A DNA stretch of 61,393 bases, filler included, from Candidatus Woesearchaeota archaeon (GTDB lineage: Archaea > Nanobdellota > Nanobdellia > Woesearchaeales > GCA-2687795), in NCBI GenBank assembly GCA_030753365.1. It is 6 parts of 6 records of this genome, joined end to end, with 100 filler letters (N's around TTAATTAATTAA, not from the genome) between each part and the next. Parts side by side here need not be neighbours in the genome. Positions count along the whole stretch, not along the records: positions 1 to 27,302 come from JASMCJ010000069.1; 5 more parts are not named here. One strand, given 5' to 3'. Under the pieces are notes generated by a model. The model saw only the letters and a program-made list of their open reading frames with translations, was not told the DNA's origin and made no database searches. A program made the translations under genes and the position numbers. This document shows, one piece after another, positions 1 through 10,307 of the stretch (position 1 is the stretch's first letter; each line of letters opens with the position of its first letter).

Positions 1-660
1 TTCATCAGAAACAAAGCAGAAGCTTCTTGTCTGCTTCCCATCACCAAAGATGGTGATTGGCTCATTTTTTAGAGCCTGGTTAATAAATGTTGGGACTGCT
101 CTTCCATCGTCAGCCCTCATTCTAGTGCCGTAAGTGTTAAAGATTCTTAGTATCTTGGTATTGATTCCATGTACTCTGTGATAAGCCATGGTAATTGCTT
201 CGCCAAACCTTTTGCTTTCATCGTAACAGCTTCTTGTTCCGATGCTGTTTACGTTTCCCCAATATGTTTCTGGCTGAGGGTTGACCAAAGGGTCACCATA
301 GACTTCAGATGTTGAAGCAAGCATAAAAATCGCGTTCTTATCCTTTGCTAATCCTAAGGCATTGTGAGTTCCAAGTGAGCCTACTTTTGCTATCTTGATG
401 GGAATTTTGTCAAAATCTACAGGTGATGCAGGGCTTGCAAAGTGAAGCACATAGTCTAAATCTTCTTTAAGGGTGATATGTTTTGTTACATCGTACTCAA
501 TGTAAGTAAAGTTCTCATTGCTTTTGAGATGCTCTATGTTTTTAGCATTGCCTGTAACCAGATTGTCCATACAAATAACTTTATAACCTTTCTCCAGAAG
601 GTAATCGCATAAGTGCGAACCAATAAAGCCTGCCCCGCCAGTTATTAATACTGTTTTCAT
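1..660 (-). CDS. NAD-dependent epimerase/dehydratase, UDP-glucuronate decarboxylase-like (runs off window edge)
   Basis: Manual translation [22 protein letters not shown]...LHFASPASP...STSEVYG...[10 protein letters not shown]; extended SDR motifs. Confidence 0.9.
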   Translation of the reverse strand, partial: MKTVLITGGAGFIGSHLCDYLLEKGYKVICMDNLVTGNAKNIEHLKSNENFTYIEYDVTKHITLKEDLDYVLHFASPASPVDFDKIPIKIAKVGSLGTHNALGLAKDKNAIFMLASTSEVYGDPLVNPQPETYWGNVNSIGTRSCYDESKRFGEAITMAYHRVHGINTKILRIFNTYGTRMRADDGRAVPTFINQALKNEPITIFGDGKQTRSFCFVSDE

Positions 661-749
661 AGTATATAACTATAATTAAGGGAGAGTTTATAAAAATTGC
701 TTAAAAATATGGTAATGTTTAAAAACAAACTTGAAAACTATATACTTAT

Positions 750-857
750 GGACCCGTAGCCTAGCCTGGACAAGGCGACAAAGAAATAGAAAAAATCTAT
801 TTTATTCGCTAGAGCCTTCTAAGCTGTAGATCGCGAGTTCGAATCTCGCCGGGTCCG
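750..857 (+). tRNA. tRNA-Arg(TCT) with 33-nt non-canonical intron (780-812) in the anticodon stem
   Basis: GGACCCG/CGGGTCC acceptor stem, GTTCGAAT T-loop; removing the intron gives ACAGC-CTTCTAA-GCTGT. Confidence 0.9.
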
Positions 858-976
858 CTTTTTTAATACCAAAACATAACTAAGAGCTATAAAACCCAAA
901 AAGAACCCTTCTCCATAGTAAAGTTTATAAACACTATTAGCTTCTAAGTTCATAACACATTGGGGGTGTCAGAAAC

Positions 977-1210
977 ATGGTTGAATACAGACCTTTAGAT
1001 GCATTAAATAAGTCAAGAGACAAAAGAGTAATAGTTGAGTTAAAGAATAATAAGCAGTATATAGGGATTCTTAAAGCATTTGACATTCATATAAATATAG
1101 TATTAGAAGGTGCTGAAGAAAGAGAAAAAGATGAAGTGAAAAGAAAGTTAGGAGTAATATTCATAAGAGGAGATACGATTACAATAATCTCACCTGAACA
1201 AGCAAACTAA
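977..1210 (+). CDS. Sm-like (Lsm) RNA-binding protein
   Basis: Sm1/Sm2 motifs GILKAFDIHINIVL and IFIRGD; upstream of L37e as is typical in archaea. Confidence 0.93.
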   Translation: MVEYRPLDALNKSRDKRVIVELKNNKQYIGILKAFDIHINIVLEGAEEREKDEVKRKLGVIFIRGDTITIISPEQAN

Positions 1211-1231
1211 ATAACTAATGGAGTTCATACT

Positions 1232-1393
1232 ATGAAAGGCACGCCATCAATGGGAAAGAAAAGTGGAAAGAGTAACATGATCCACTGCCGAAGATGCGGT
1301 AAAAGGACATACCACATGAGAAAAAAGAAATGTTCATCCTGCGGTTATGGTAATTCTGCTAAACTAAGAAGTTATGCCTGGCAGAAGAAATAA
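1232..1393 (+). CDS. rpl37e: 50S ribosomal protein eL37 (L37e)
   Basis: Manual translation [40 protein letters not shown]. Confidence 0.95.
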   Translation: MKGTPSMGKKSGKSNMIHCRRCGKRTYHMRKKKCSSCGYGNSAKLRSYAWQKK

Positions 1394-1492
1394 AGATTAA
1401 ATTCTGTTGATTTCTATTAGAGAGATAATCTTCATGCTACCACTCTCAGAGTAACAACAAACTATATATAACTATCAAGTTACTCCTAAAGT

Positions 1493-1899
1493 ATGAAAAG
1501 AAGCCTAAACAAAGCTCAAATGGCTACTGAGTATATGGTAATAGTGGGACTTGTTCTTGTGGTTACTATCCCATTGTTTTATTATGCAATAAGAGAATCC
1601 AACACAAATATCCAAATAAACCATGCAAATGATGCTATGAGCACATTAGCAAAGGCTGCGGATACTGTTTATTCTATAGGGCCTGGAACACAGAAATATG
1701 TCTGAATAAATATACCTGGAGGTGTTCAGGCTTACTCAACAGCAAATAAAACTGCTTTGATAAAGATTTATGCTTTTGGAGGAGAAAGCGATGTGTTTGC
1801 AGAAACAAAAGCAGACCTGGCAGGAGAAATTCCTATAACAAAAGGTGCTCATAGAATAAAAGTAGAAATGTTAGAATCAGGGTATGTAAGGTTTGGGGA
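1493..1899 (+). pseudogene. Class III signal peptide (pilin-like) protein, in-frame TGA at 1703-1705, cut by the 102-bp element
   Basis: KAQMATEY plus hydrophobic stretch; ORFs 1493 and 1757 share a frame (KYV*INIPGG). Confidence 0.75.
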
Positions 1900-2001
1900 A
1901 ATAAAAAATCCCAATCGCAGCAAGCTGCGGGGTATTTTTAGTATTTAGTTTGCGTATTAAGCCGATGCAAGCATCGGGGTATAAAACCCAAACTAAATAA
2001 T
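1900..2001 (+). mobile_element. 102-bp twin-hairpin non-autonomous element, copy 1
   Basis: Identical to 28809-28910, 39145-39246 and reverse complement of 44989-45090. Confidence 0.85.
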
Positions 2002-2002
2002 A

Positions 2003-2380
2003 AACTTTGACAGGTATGAGATTGATATGACTATAGATATTCAGAATGTTACCTCTTGTGATTGGGATATAACAGCGGGCACTTTTAATCTGACTATAGA
2101 AGCAACAGGTCAATACGGAACAAGCTGTGTTGATTCCCAGCTAGTAGATCTTTCTCAAGAGAATAATATATCTATAAACAATGGGGCTGTGAATGTTGAA
2201 ATAGATAATAATGTGATGGCTATAGTGGTCAATAATGCTAGTGGAATAACTGCAAACGTGAAAACAACTATAATTAAAAATAATATTGATATAGATTATA
2301 TAGAGGTTCCTTCGGTGAATACAATAATTTCTTTTAATGAACTAGGTGTTTCAAAAGAAAAGATTATGAGGGTGGATTAA
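2003..2380 (+). pseudogene. Headless C-terminal fragment of a surface/secreted-type protein
   Basis: Open frame starts at the element's right end (NFDRYEIDMTID...); Asn/Ile/Thr-rich. Confidence 0.5.
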
Positions 2381-2626
2381 CAAATATATACTCTATAACA
2401 GCAAAATATAAATAGTAGTTAATCTAAGATAGGCTTTGATATGTTAAACTCCACTCAAAATTGGAATGTGTACGCATTATATTCTTGTCACATGAGAGTG
2501 GACTTCACTATCAAACCACTATATTGCTGAGAGCCTAAAAAAAGTCGGGTTCCTGCAATATCGTCTTCTGTTATCTAACTTTATTGCAAGAACCCAGTAG
2601 TCTTATCGTTAAAAAGAAAAGAGCTG

Positions 2627-2905
2627 GTGAAAATGCAAGAAAGCAAATGTATTGTTTGCGAAAAAACAATAACAAACCCCATATGCCTTAACTGCCTGAA
2701 TAAAGAAGTTAATGTGTGGCTGGAAGAAAAAGGCTGCAATATAGGCTTAACAAGCAAAGATGCAGAACCATCACCAAACAACTGCATTCTATGCAGCAGT
2801 AACATGGACATCTGTCCTCATTGCCATGTAAAAGACTTATCACAAACAATAAAGAAAGAATATCCAAAGCTAGCTGAAGAGTTTAGTGAAATGTTCAGAT
2901 ATTAA
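2627..2905 (+). CDS. Small Cys-rich putative Zn-binding protein
   Basis: Four CxxC pairs; GGTGA RBS-like site. Confidence 0.7.
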   Translation: MKMQESKCIVCEKTITNPICLNCLNKEVNVWLEEKGCNIGLTSKDAEPSPNNCILCSSNMDICPHCHVKDLSQTIKKEYPKLAEEFSEMFRY

Positions 2906-2933
2906 CACAAAACAACATGAGGTGGGAACACAA

Positions 2934-3407
2934 ATGAAAACAATAACATCTATAGTATTAGCATTTGCGTTAGTGGTTACTGCAAATGCTGCTGAGCCTG
3001 GAAACCCTTTAGGAATACCGCAAGCCAGCCTTGATGATTTAGTGGGAGTAGAAGGAGGAATAAACCCCCCAGGCATATATTTAGAATATGATAGAAACAA
3101 AGAAGATAATATTCCATATGATTTGATAAACTATTATTCACCTAGGCAAGGTATATTTGGCTATGGAATGTTACCAACTGACAAACCCCTTAGATATGTG
3201 TGGTATGATGGAGAAAGATGGAGAAGAGTAGAAGACCCTAGAAGAGACGGCATAAATGGCAATGAAATAGAATTAAGCGCATCATACAATCCAGGAATTG
3301 AAAAGAAAGAAGAACAAAAAAGACTACCACTGCCAGAACTACAAAAAGAAGAAAACAGACGATTTGAACTAGATAATGAATTACCTTCAGGTTTTGCAAT
3401 GGGGTAA
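2934..3407 (+). CDS. Hypothetical secreted protein
   Basis: GAGGTG RBS; signal peptide MKTITSIVLAFALVVTANA. Confidence 0.65.
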   Translation: MKTITSIVLAFALVVTANAAEPGNPLGIPQASLDDLVGVEGGINPPGIYLEYDRNKEDNIPYDLINYYSPRQGIFGYGMLPTDKPLRYVWYDGERWRRVEDPRRDGINGNEIELSASYNPGIEKKEEQKRLPLPELQKEENRRFELDNELPSGFAMG

Positions 3408-3408
3408 A

Positions 3409-3801
3409 TCAAACCTTTTTTTTCTTCTTATAGTTCTCAACAGCCCTCTTAAGTGCATCAACTGCCAAAAGCGAGCAATGAATTTTGTTAGGTGGCAATT
3501 TCCCTAACTCCTTTACAACATCATCTTTAGTAATCTCAGATACTTCTTCAATTGTTTTGCCTTTTACCATATCGCATAAAATATCTGATGAGGAGATTGC
3601 TGCAACACAGCCGAAGGTTTTTACTTTAATATCCTCAACAATCTCTTTGCCAGCTTTGTTCTTTACTTTGATAGAGATCTCCATGACATCCCCGCATGTA
3701 GGATTACCCACCTTTCCAATGCCATCTGCATTCTTGAGTTCTCCTATATGTTTAGGATTCTTGAATATTTTCATAACTTTTTTTGAGTACATTTTTAACA
3801 C
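3409..3801 (-). CDS. iscU: Fe-S cluster scaffold IscU/NifU
   Basis: GNPTCGD, TFGC, KIHCS motifs. Confidence 0.95.
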   Translation of the reverse strand: MLKMYSKKVMKIFKNPKHIGELKNADGIGKVGNPTCGDVMEISIKVKNKAGKEIVEDIKVKTFGCVAAISSSDILCDMVKGKTIEEVSEITKDDVVKELGKLPPNKIHCSLLAVDALKRAVENYKKKKKV

Positions 3802-4962
3802 CTATTTGTTTTTAGCAAGAGGGCTCATTTTCCTTAATTTTTCAACAATCTCTGGCAAAACCTTCAATACATAATCAACCTCTTCTTCAGTATTATCTTT
3901 ACCTAATGTTAACCTTAAGCTGCCATGAGCTTCCTCTGGCTTTAATCCAATTGCAGTCAAAACATGACTGGGCTTCAGTTCTTTAGTAGAACATGCAGAG
4001 CCTGTTGAAGCTGCTATCCCTTTCTCATCAAGGTACATAAGCAAAGACTCACCTTCAATATATTTGAAAGAAAAATTAGCATTACCTGGCAATCTTTTTG
4101 TTTGATGACCATTCAGCCAGCAATCTTCAATTTCCAAAACACCTTTAATTAGTTTATCTCTTAAATTTGTTAAATGTGTTGTTTTCTTATTCATTCTTTC
4201 CATAGCAAGCTCGCAGGCCTTTCCAAAGCCAACAATGCCTGTAACATTCTCAGTGCCAGCCCTTAATCCATTTTCATGATTACCACCATGAATAAGTGAG
4301 CTAATCTTGGTGCCTTCTCTAACAAATAAGAATCCAACTCCTTTAGGTCCATATAATTTATGCGCTGAAGAACTCAAAAGGTCAACATTCATCTTCTTAA
4401 CATCAATAGGCACTTTGCCAACAGTCTGCACTGTATCAGTATGGAAATAGATATTATTTTCTTTACATGTCTTACCAATTTCTTCAATAGGCTGTATAGT
4501 CCCAATCTCATTATTAGCATGCATTATGCTGACTAAAATTGTTTCTTTTGTGATTGTTTTTTCTAGTTCTTCTGTTGAAACAAAACCTTCTTTGTCAACT
4601 GCAAGATAAGTAATCTTAAATCCCATCTTCTCTAAGAACTTGCATGTGTTTTCCACAGCAGGATGCTCTATCTTAGAAGTAATAATATGATTCCCTTTCT
4701 CTCTATTATTAAAAGCAATCTCTTTGATTGCCATATTATCTGCTTCAGTTCCTCCTGAAGTGAATATGATTTCTTTAGGCTCAGCATTGATTAGTTTTGC
4801 TATGTGTTCTCTAGCTTTATCAATGGCCTCCATAGCTTCCCTTCCAAAAGAATGTAGTGAAGATACATTGCCATACTTCTCAGTAAAATAAGGCAGCATT
4901 GTTTTGGTTACTTCTTTATCAACAGGTGTGGTTGCTCCATGATCTAAATAGATTCTTTTCAT
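3802..4962 (-). CDS. iscS: Cysteine desulfurase IscS/NifS
   Basis: YLDHGATTP, SAHKLYGPKG, STGSAC motifs. Confidence 0.96.
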   Translation of the reverse strand: MKRIYLDHGATTPVDKEVTKTMLPYFTEKYGNVSSLHSFGREAMEAIDKAREHIAKLINAEPKEIIFTSGGTEADNMAIKEIAFNNREKGNHIITSKIEHPAVENTCKFLEKMGFKITYLAVDKEGFVSTEELEKTITKETILVSIMHANNEIGTIQPIEEIGKTCKENNIYFHTDTVQTVGKVPIDVKKMNVDLLSSSAHKLYGPKGVGFLFVREGTKISSLIHGGNHENGLRAGTENVTGIVGFGKACELAMERMNKKTTHLTNLRDKLIKGVLEIEDCWLNGHQTKRLPGNANFSFKYIEGESLLMYLDEKGIAASTGSACSTKELKPSHVLTAIGLKPEEAHGSLRLTLGKDNTEEEVDYVLKVLPEIVEKLRKMSPLAKNK

Positions 4963-5324
4963 TTCACGCAAACCTCACAATTACAAGGTAGATTTATATC
5001 TTCTTTTTTATGTATCTTACAAAGATTTCCAGTCTTCTTAAAAAAAGTACAAACACTTTGAAGCTCTTTTATAACACAGCTTTTATCATTAACAATATTA
5101 CTCGCAGACTGATTAATCCTTTCAAGAACATCCTCATCAAAAACTATATCATTCCCTCTCTTTTCCTTAAAATACTGCGAAACAGCAGACTCTGTAACAC
5201 CAATAGCAGAAGCTGCATTTCTCTGGCTAAGATGATACTCACTAACCAAAACCTTTGCCAACTCCTTTCTTATAGCAGGCAAAACAATCCAAACTTCCAG
5301 TTCCTGAGGCATTCTTAACTTCAT
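4959..5324 (-). CDS. HTH transcriptional regulator with Cys-rich C-terminus
   Basis: PQELEVWIVLPAIRKELA...SQRNAASAIGVTESAVSQY; heads the isc operon. Confidence 0.8.
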   Translation of the reverse strand: MKLRMPQELEVWIVLPAIRKELAKVLVSEYHLSQRNAASAIGVTESAVSQYFKEKRGNDIVFDEDVLERINQSASNIVNDKSCVIKELQSVCTFFKKTGNLCKIHKKEDINLPCNCEVCVK

Positions 5325-5457
5325 AAACTTAACGATTGTTTAACTATATATAAAGTTTATGGTAATAAGTTAAAAATTTATGAAGAGAATTGCTTTTAAA
5401 CAAAAGGAAATAGGATTTTAAGTAACATTTATAAACAAAATAACAATCCTTCATACT

Positions 5458-5634
5458 ATGACAGATGAAAAGTTAATATGCACATCATGCAAGAAAAGGG
5501 TAACCAATCAGCCTGGAACAGCCAAATTCAATTGTCCTAGCTGCGGTAAAACCGAAATAGTAAGATGCAAGCACTGCAGAGAGATTGCTGCAAAATATAC
5601 ATGCCATTCTTGCGACTTCACAGGTCCTAATTAA
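5458..5634 (+). CDS. Zn-ribbon protein (DUF1610/HVO_2753-like)
   Basis: Manual translation, 58 aa, four CxxC, ends CDFTGPN. Confidence 0.88.
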   Translation: MTDEKLICTSCKKRVTNQPGTAKFNCPSCGKTEIVRCKHCREIAAKYTCHSCDFTGPN

Positions 5635-5646
5635 TTAATCACACTA

Positions 5647-6345
5647 ATGAGATTACCTTCTGGAAGCAAAATACTGGACAGATTATTAGAAGGAGGTTAT
5701 GAAAAAGATACCATAACAACCATCTATGGCCCTGCTGGTTCTGGTAAAACAAACCTATGCATTCTCTGCGCAATCAACACAGTAAGAGCAGGCAAAAAAG
5801 TAATCTACATAGACACAGAAAACAATTTCTCAGTAGAACGGGCAAAACAAATAGCCTTTGACCATAAAAAAATTCTGGAAGAGATTATATTTCTAAAGCC
5901 GGCCAGCTTTGAAGAGCAGAAAAAAGCCTTCAGAAAGCTAAACGACCTTAAATCAGACAACATCGGCCTAATCATAGTAGATACAATCGCTACATTATAC
6001 AGACTTGAATTCAGCAATTGTGATAATGTTTATGAAATTAATAGAGAGCTTGGAAAACAATTAAGCTATTTAGCAGAGCTGACTAAGAAATCAAATATAC
6101 CTATTATTGTTACCAATCAAGTTTATGCAAATTTTGAGAATAAAGAGAAAGTTAACATAGTAGGAGGAGATATTCTCAAGTATACTAGCAAGTGCCTTAT
6201 TGAGCTGCAAATAACGCCTAACAGAAACAGAAGATGCATTCTCATTAAGCATAGAAGCATAGCAGAGCAAAAAGAATTTATTTTCAAAATAGTTGATGGT
6301 GGGATTATCGGCACTAAAGAAGGGAAAGGGTTTAGGTTGTTTTAG
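5647..6345 (+). CDS. radB: DNA repair protein RadB
   Basis: GPAGSGKT Walker A, short RecA core, C-terminal KHR motif. Confidence 0.93.
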   Translation: MRLPSGSKILDRLLEGGYEKDTITTIYGPAGSGKTNLCILCAINTVRAGKKVIYIDTENNFSVERAKQIAFDHKKILEEIIFLKPASFEEQKKAFRKLNDLKSDNIGLIIVDTIATLYRLEFSNCDNVYEINRELGKQLSYLAELTKKSNIPIIVTNQVYANFENKEKVNIVGGDILKYTSKCLIELQITPNRNRRCILIKHRSIAEQKEFIFKIVDGGIIGTKEGKGFRLF

Positions 6346-6391
6346 TGCTGTAAACAAAATCTTTAATAACCCTTTAAGAATTTATTAGATT

Positions 6392-7504
6392 ATGTATAAA
6401 TTAATTAAAGAAGGCAAAGCATCAATTAAAATACCTGTTGAAAAAAAGGTGAGTAAGGAACTGCCAGTATTTTATAACCCTGTGATGAAGTCTAATAGAG
6501 ATGTTTCTGTTCTTTTGTTGAATTCCATAAATAAAAAGAGTATGCAGATAGGATTGCCTTTATCGGCCTCTGGTGTGAGGGGGATTAGGTTTCTGCTAGA
6601 ACTAAAAAAAGCCAAAGTAAAAAACATCTCTTTCAACGATCTCAACACAACCTCCTACAAACTAATAAAACAAAACCTAAAACTGAACAAACTAAAAAAT
6701 AAAATCAAAGTCTACAACAAAGATGCAAACAACTTCCTCTTATCATCAAAAGGTTTTGACTACATTGATATTGACCCATTCGGAGATCCTTCTGATTTCT
6801 TAGATAGTTCAATGAAAAGGTTGGCAAGAGAAGGAATCTTAGCAGTAACGGCCACAGATACTGGCTGTATGTCAGGAACCTTCCCAAAACCATGTCTAAG
6901 AAAGTACTGGTCAAAACCTCTAAAAAACGAATTCATGCATGAAACAGGCTTAAGAATCTTAATAAGAAAGGTTCAGTTAATAGCTTCACAGTTTGATAAG
7001 GCGTTAACACCAATATTCTCCTACTCAAAAGAGCATTATTTTAGAACGTTCTTAGTGTGTGAAAAAGGAAAGCAGAAAGTTGATGATATAATGAAACAAC
7101 ATGGTTACATAGTTTACTGTAAAAGCTGTCTATACAGAGAACCAACAAACCATATCTTCAACAAAGTTTGTCCTATATGCAAAAAGGAATTAGACTACGC
7201 AGGACCATTATGGTTAGGTAGTTTATGGGACACAAAACTATCAAAAACAATGAAAAAGCTAACCAAAGAAAAAGCACTACAATCCTTCCTAACCACTATC
7301 TCAAAAGAATCCCAAATAAACAAAAGCTGTTTCTACAACATCCACAAAATCTGTAAGCACTACAAAATAGATTCCATTCCAAAGAAAGAAGAATTGATAA
7401 AAGCCATAAGAAAAACCAACAACTGCTCAGAAACGCATTTTGATGCATTGGGATTAAGAAGCGATATAAGCCTGAAAGATTTAATAGAAATATTAAGGCA
7501 CTAA
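6392..7504 (+). CDS. trm1: tRNA (guanine-26 N2)-dimethyltransferase
   Basis: VFYNPVM, SASGVRGIR, DIDPFG, GPLWLG. Confidence 0.93.
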   Translation: MYKLIKEGKASIKIPVEKKVSKELPVFYNPVMKSNRDVSVLLLNSINKKSMQIGLPLSASGVRGIRFLLELKKAKVKNISFNDLNTTSYKLIKQNLKLNKLKNKIKVYNKDANNFLLSSKGFDYIDIDPFGDPSDFLDSSMKRLAREGILAVTATDTGCMSGTFPKPCLRKYWSKPLKNEFMHETGLRILIRKVQLIASQFDKALTPIFSYSKEHYFRTFLVCEKGKQKVDDIMKQHGYIVYCKSCLYREPTNHIFNKVCPICKKELDYAGPLWLGSLWDTKLSKTMKKLTKEKALQSFLTTISKESQINKSCFYNIHKICKHYKIDSIPKKEELIKAIRKTNNCSETHFDALGLRSDISLKDLIEILRH

Positions 7505-7843
7505 CCTTACTCCCCCAATGCTAGCTGCTTTCTCAATCTGCCTCTTAACATATGCAGACTCTGCATACAGTTCTTCCAGATCTGTTAAACACTTTTCATC
7601 AAGCATACCACTAAGTGCATCTGCAGACAAAAACTCATCTTCATATAACTCTTCATCTCTCACTCCTTTAAACAAATCATACAACTTCCTATATCTTCCT
7701 TCAATATCCCACAAATCAATATTTTTATACACATGCTCCTCAAGAAAATGATTAAGCACATCCCTATCTACTCCTCCTAACTTCAACTCTCCATCATTAT
7801 AAGGCCTGAAAAACTTGTCAATGTATTCATTAATGTCTTCCAT
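7493..7843 (-). CDS. Hypothetical acidic protein
   Basis: ORF with protein-like composition and upstream TATA-like site. Confidence 0.55.
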   Translation of the reverse strand: MEDINEYIDKFFRPYNDGELKLGGVDRDVLNHFLEEHVYKNIDLWDIEGRYRKLYDLFKGVRDEELYEDEFLSADALSGMLDEKCLTDLEELYAESAYVKRQIEKAASIGGVRLVP

Positions 7844-7956
7844 AGGAACCTAATTGGTTATTAACTTATAAAATTACTGCCAAAAACCCACAATTTAAAA
7901 AAACAAAAACTTAATAACCTCTAACCAACCTAATCAAACTAAATAAAAGAGGTAAA

Positions 7957-9615
7957 ATGAGCATATTCCGTTCAATCAGAAATTTTAAGAGGTTTGAGCA
8001 TATTCTAAATACATTATTAAAATACGAGTTAGGCTTCATAATACACAAACTTCATCTAAAGCACCACTTGCCGTTGCACAAAAGACTGCAAACCAAACAA
8101 TTTGAAGAAAAAAACGATGGCCCTTACAAAATTAGGCGTGTATTTGAAGAGCTTGGCGGCGCATTCACAAAACTCGCACAGCTGCTAAGTGTAAGACCTG
8201 ACTTAATACCTCCAGATTATATAATAGAGCTTGAAAAGCTGCAGGACAAGGCAAAACCCGTTCCTTTTGAAGACATAAAAGAAGAAATAGAAAAACAACT
8301 CAAAAAACCATTAAAAGAAATATTCCCTTACTTCAAAAAAGCTCCAATTGCTTCTGCATCAATATCCCAAGTACATGAAGCAAAGCTGAAAAATGGGCAA
8401 AGGGTTGCAGTAAAAGTTCAAAGGCCTAAAATAAGAGAAACTATGGAAGAGGACATAAGCATCATGTTCTTCCTTGCCAATCTCTTAGAGAAACATATTC
8501 CAAGATTAAGAGAATATTCCCCTATTACCATAGTAAAAGAGTTTGAAACCTGGACAAGACAGGAACTTGACTTCAGAATAGAAGCCAAGCATGCAAAAAG
8601 GTTCTACTATAACTTCAAAGATAGTAGGACTGTAAAAATACCCAAAGTCATAGATGAACACACAACAAGCAAAATATTAACACTAGAATATATAGACGGA
8701 ACCGAGCTTCACGACATTAAAAAAATAAAAAAGAAACATTGTAACATAAAGAAAGCAATCAAAAATGGATTTGATGCTATACTAACACAAGTATTCGTCC
8801 ATGGCTTCTTCCATGCAGACCCTCATCCAGGAAATATCCTAGTAAGCAAAAACAGTACTATCTCTTTTGTTGACTTTGGGATTGTAGGCTACTTTGATGA
8901 CGCCCTCAAAAGCAGGGCAATAAATGTATTCTATGGAATAATAGAGAACCAGCCTGAAAGAATAATAGAAGCGCTTACAGAAATGGGCCTCTCAACAAAA
9001 GAAGGTCGCAGTAGATTTAGGATGGACTTAGAAGATCTCATAAGGCCTCTGCAAGACAACTCTCTAAGCGATGTAAAAGTAAGCTATGTATTGGAAGACA
9101 TATTCGAACTGGCTCATAAGCACAAGGTAAAACTCCCTGTTGACCTCATCCTATTTGGAAAAACCTTTATCACTTTAGAAGGCCTTGCCTTAAGATATTA
9201 TCCTGACTTCAAGATGGTAGAACAAAGCAAGCCATTCATAAAAAAAATAAAAAAGCAAAGCTTTAATCAATTAAAAGAAGACATAATAAATACTGGTTGG
9301 AAGTACAAAAAGCTCATAAAAATCATCCCTGACAAAACCTCTGGCTTCCTCAACAAACTTGAGGCTGGCTCAATAAAGGTTGACATAGAAGACAAAGACA
9401 TAAAAAATCTCACTTCAGAGTTAGACAAGTCAAGCAACAGGCTAACTTATGGTATGATAATCGCCAGCCTGATTATAGGCTCTGCATTGCTTTCATACAT
9501 AGGAAAAGGGCCTATGATATCAGGATTGTCAATATTCTCTATTGCAGGATTTTTCGTTGCTATACTTCTCAGCATTATTCTAGCAATATCTATTCTAAGG
9601 GAAAATAAGAGATAA
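7957..9615 (+). CDS. ABC1/AarF/UbiB-family atypical kinase
   Basis: ASASISQVH, VAVKVQRP, FFHADPHPGN, DFG; C-terminal TM helices. Confidence 0.93.
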   Translation: MSIFRSIRNFKRFEHILNTLLKYELGFIIHKLHLKHHLPLHKRLQTKQFEEKNDGPYKIRRVFEELGGAFTKLAQLLSVRPDLIPPDYIIELEKLQDKAKPVPFEDIKEEIEKQLKKPLKEIFPYFKKAPIASASISQVHEAKLKNGQRVAVKVQRPKIRETMEEDISIMFFLANLLEKHIPRLREYSPITIVKEFETWTRQELDFRIEAKHAKRFYYNFKDSRTVKIPKVIDEHTTSKILTLEYIDGTELHDIKKIKKKHCNIKKAIKNGFDAILTQVFVHGFFHADPHPGNILVSKNSTISFVDFGIVGYFDDALKSRAINVFYGIIENQPERIIEALTEMGLSTKEGRSRFRMDLEDLIRPLQDNSLSDVKVSYVLEDIFELAHKHKVKLPVDLILFGKTFITLEGLALRYYPDFKMVEQSKPFIKKIKKQSFNQLKEDIINTGWKYKKLIKIIPDKTSGFLNKLEAGSIKVDIEDKDIKNLTSELDKSSNRLTYGMIIASLIIGSALLSYIGKGPMISGLSIFSIAGFFVAILLSIILAISILRENKR

Positions 9616-9629
9616 GAACAAAAGTTAAT

Positions 9630-10253
9630 CTACTTTATACCTTTCACAATACTAAGAATATCCTCTGGCTTCTCAGCTATAAAGTCTGGATTACCTTTCA
9701 TCAGCAAACTCTTACTATTAAAACCCCATGAAACAGCAATCACTTTAACACCCACCCTCTTACAAGCCCTAATATCTCTTAATTCATCTCCAACATACAC
9801 AATCTCATCATTCTTAAGTCCTCTCTTCTTCAATATCTTCCTCAAAACTATATCCTTACCAAACAAAGAGCTGCTGCTAAAAACAAATTTAACGCAGGTT
9901 ATTTTCTCTCTCCTAAGCATATACTTAACATACTTCTTTGAATTTGTGGTAAGTATGCCTATAGCATATTTCTTTGACAGCCTTTCAATAACACTCTTAA
10001 TCCCTTCAAATATTTTAACGTCCTTAAGCTTATCTTTTGCTTTTCTTCTCATCTTCTTAATAAGCAAGGGAAGTTTATAGATAGGCAATCCTAAATCTTT
10101 TATAATCTCACCTATACCTTTATTACGCAAGGCTGGAATATTCTCAATCTTTTTATAGCCAAACTTCTCTGAAAATCTGTTAGCTAACTCAATTATTAAT
10201 GGGAGCGAGTCAACTAAAGTACCGTCTAAATCAAAAATAACTGCTTTAATCAT
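9630..10253 (-). CDS. HAD-superfamily hydrolase
   Basis: FDLDGTLVDS and YVGDELRD motifs. Confidence 0.9.
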   Translation of the reverse strand: MIKAVIFDLDGTLVDSLPLIIELANRFSEKFGYKKIENIPALRNKGIGEIIKDLGLPIYKLPLLIKKMRRKAKDKLKDVKIFEGIKSVIERLSKKYAIGILTTNSKKYVKYMLRREKITCVKFVFSSSSLFGKDIVLRKILKKRGLKNDEIVYVGDELRDIRACKRVGVKVIAVSWGFNSKSLLMKGNPDFIAEKPEDILSIVKGIK

Positions 10254-10307
10254 ATCCTAATGAAGAATATTCTGGTTTAAATATTTATCCTATTGCTGAG
10301 AAAAAAG

